This document shows, one piece after another, positions 62,814-64,000 of a stretch of DNA of 64,000 nucleotides. The notes under the pieces were generated by a model, which searched no databases, had not been told where the DNA came from, and saw only the letters and a list, made by a program, of their open reading frames with translations. The stretch spans positions 1-64,000 of the forward strand of contig CAVTQK010000014.1 of the NCBI GenBank assembly GCA_963736855.1, read 5' to 3'. This DNA comes from an uncultured delta proteobacterium (GTDB taxonomy: Bacteria; Desulfobacterota; Desulfobacteria; Desulfobacterales; UBA2156). Position 1 is the first letter of the stretch. Every line of letters starts with the position of its first letter. Made by a program: the position numbers and the translations under genes.

Positions 62814-62972
62814 CGATAACGGGGCAGCGAGATGAGCCGCCGTCGGCTGGGGGCGGAAATTGCGTGTTTTATGCAATTTGCCGTGCCAGCCGACCGAAGC
62901 GGAGCGAACGTCAAGCTCACCTGGACCGAGGGCCGCAAGGCCCTTGGGATCAGGTGAAGCGACAGGTTCAGA
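62814..62972 (-). repeat. attC-like site 2 (62903-62972) abutting a truncated attC-like hairpin (62814-62902)
   Basis: Minus strand TCTGAAC (contains the corA stop)...GCTTCACC...GGTGAGC...GTTCGCT, followed by a long hairpin ending GTTATCG. Confidence 0.7.
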
Positions 62973-63903
62973 ACCATCTGTTTCTTATAAATATCAGGAC
63001 GCTGAGTAACGACAGAGTGAAAGAAATTCCTGTAACAATAAAGAAAGCATGGGGAGAGTGCTCAAACGGTAAATCGATATTCATCCCGTAAATGCTTGCA
63101 GTCAGCGTGGGAATCATCAGAATTATTGTTATTGATGTCAGAATTTTCAAGACAACATTCAGATTATTTGAGATAACCGATGCGAACGCGTCCATCATTC
63201 CGCTTAAAATGTTACTGTATATGTTAGCCATTTCGATTGCCTGTTTGTTGTCAATCAGCACATCTTCCAGCTTATCTTTGTCATCGGAGGTCAGTTTCAG
63301 CAGTTCCATTTTCAGCAGCCGTTCCATCATAAGTTCATTGGATTTCAGAGATGTTGTAAAAAAAACGAGACTCTTTTCTATATTCAGAAGTTTTATAAGC
63401 TCCTCGTTTTTTAACGACTTCTGCAATTCTCTTTCAATTTCTCCGGTACGTCTGTTTATTTCTTTCAGATGTTTTAGATAAAGCAGTGATGTTTTCAAAA
63501 ATATTTGAAGGACAACACTGCTTCTTTTTCCGGTAATAATGCCTTTTGTTCTACTGTTGCATAAATCCAGAATGTCCGTAATATCAGAAGAACTTATTGT
63601 AACAATTGTATCTTCTTTTGTGAGTATAATTCCCGCAGGGATTGTTGTGAAAGGGATTTCCGGATTGATTTCATCATATTTCGGTATTCTTAACACAATA
63701 AGCAGAACGCCGTCTTCGGTTTCGATTCTTGCCCTTTCATCAACATCCAGCGGGTCTGTCAGAAAATCGGTAGGGATAAACATTTCGCCTGACAACTTTA
63801 CCAACTCACTTTTTTCCGGACTGATTACATTAATCAGGCAGTGTCTTTCAATTTTATCAGCCGGAACAAATCTGTTTTCTGACCATCTTAATATTTTTAT
63901 CAT
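62968..63903 (-). CDS. corA: CorA family Mg2+/divalent cation transporter
   Basis: SNNLNVVLKILT, YGMN signature, two C-terminal TM segments; visibly AT-rich. Confidence 0.9.
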   Translation of the reverse strand: MIKILRWSENRFVPADKIERHCLINVISPEKSELVKLSGEMFIPTDFLTDPLDVDERARIETEDGVLLIVLRIPKYDEINPEIPFTTIPAGIILTKEDTIVTISSSDITDILDLCNSRTKGIITGKRSSVVLQIFLKTSLLYLKHLKEINRRTGEIERELQKSLKNEELIKLLNIEKSLVFFTTSLKSNELMMERLLKMELLKLTSDDKDKLEDVLIDNKQAIEMANIYSNILSGMMDAFASVISNNLNVVLKILTSITIILMIPTLTASIYGMNIDLPFEHSPHAFFIVTGISFTLSLLSVLIFIRNRWF

Positions 63904-63938
63904 GATATTATTACCTCTCAGAATACTACTGCATAGCG

Positions 63939-64000
63939 GCATAACATGATGCTCACCGGCGTGGCGCGCCGTTTTGCCACGTCCGGTGCAGCTACTTTTT
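63939..64000 (-). repeat. attC-like site 3 (at window edge)
   Basis: Plus strand GCATAAC-ATGATGCTCACCGG...CCGGTGCAGC; GTTATGC on the minus strand. Confidence 0.6.

Overview
Chromosomal segment of an anaerobic bacterium, most likely Desulfobacterota judging by gene content and repeat style (inference). Housekeeping genes: secA, folD, argC, ileS-lspA-holA, glgP, pyk and a liv-type ABC transporter. Several of these carry frameshifts that look like assembly errors. Main accessory blocks: (1) an FNT channel, a 47-aa membrane peptide, a signal-less Mo/W-bisPGD enzyme, and a DmsB-like subunit with a GltD-like FAD/NAD(P)H module nested inside an Fe-S motif; (2) a YhaO/YhaN, DUF1016, AAA-DUF4143 and vapBC hotspot; (3) a translationally coupled NMT1-type binding protein, Cache-PP2C, degenerate anti-sigma, aminotransferase and xanthine-dehydrogenase-family operon; (4) two IS91-family remnants sharing a promoter, a hairpin and TATCAC repeats, one fused to copied host gene fragments; (5) a PanB, LarA and TRAP operon with deleted DeoR and PdxA remnants, divergent from a Na+:solute symporter that has a leader terminator; (6) AbiE toxin-antitoxin, a brxL remnant, a partial tRNA-Leu with repeats on both sides, and attC-like sites around K+-channel and CorA genes. 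All calls come from reading motifs by eye; no database searches were run.
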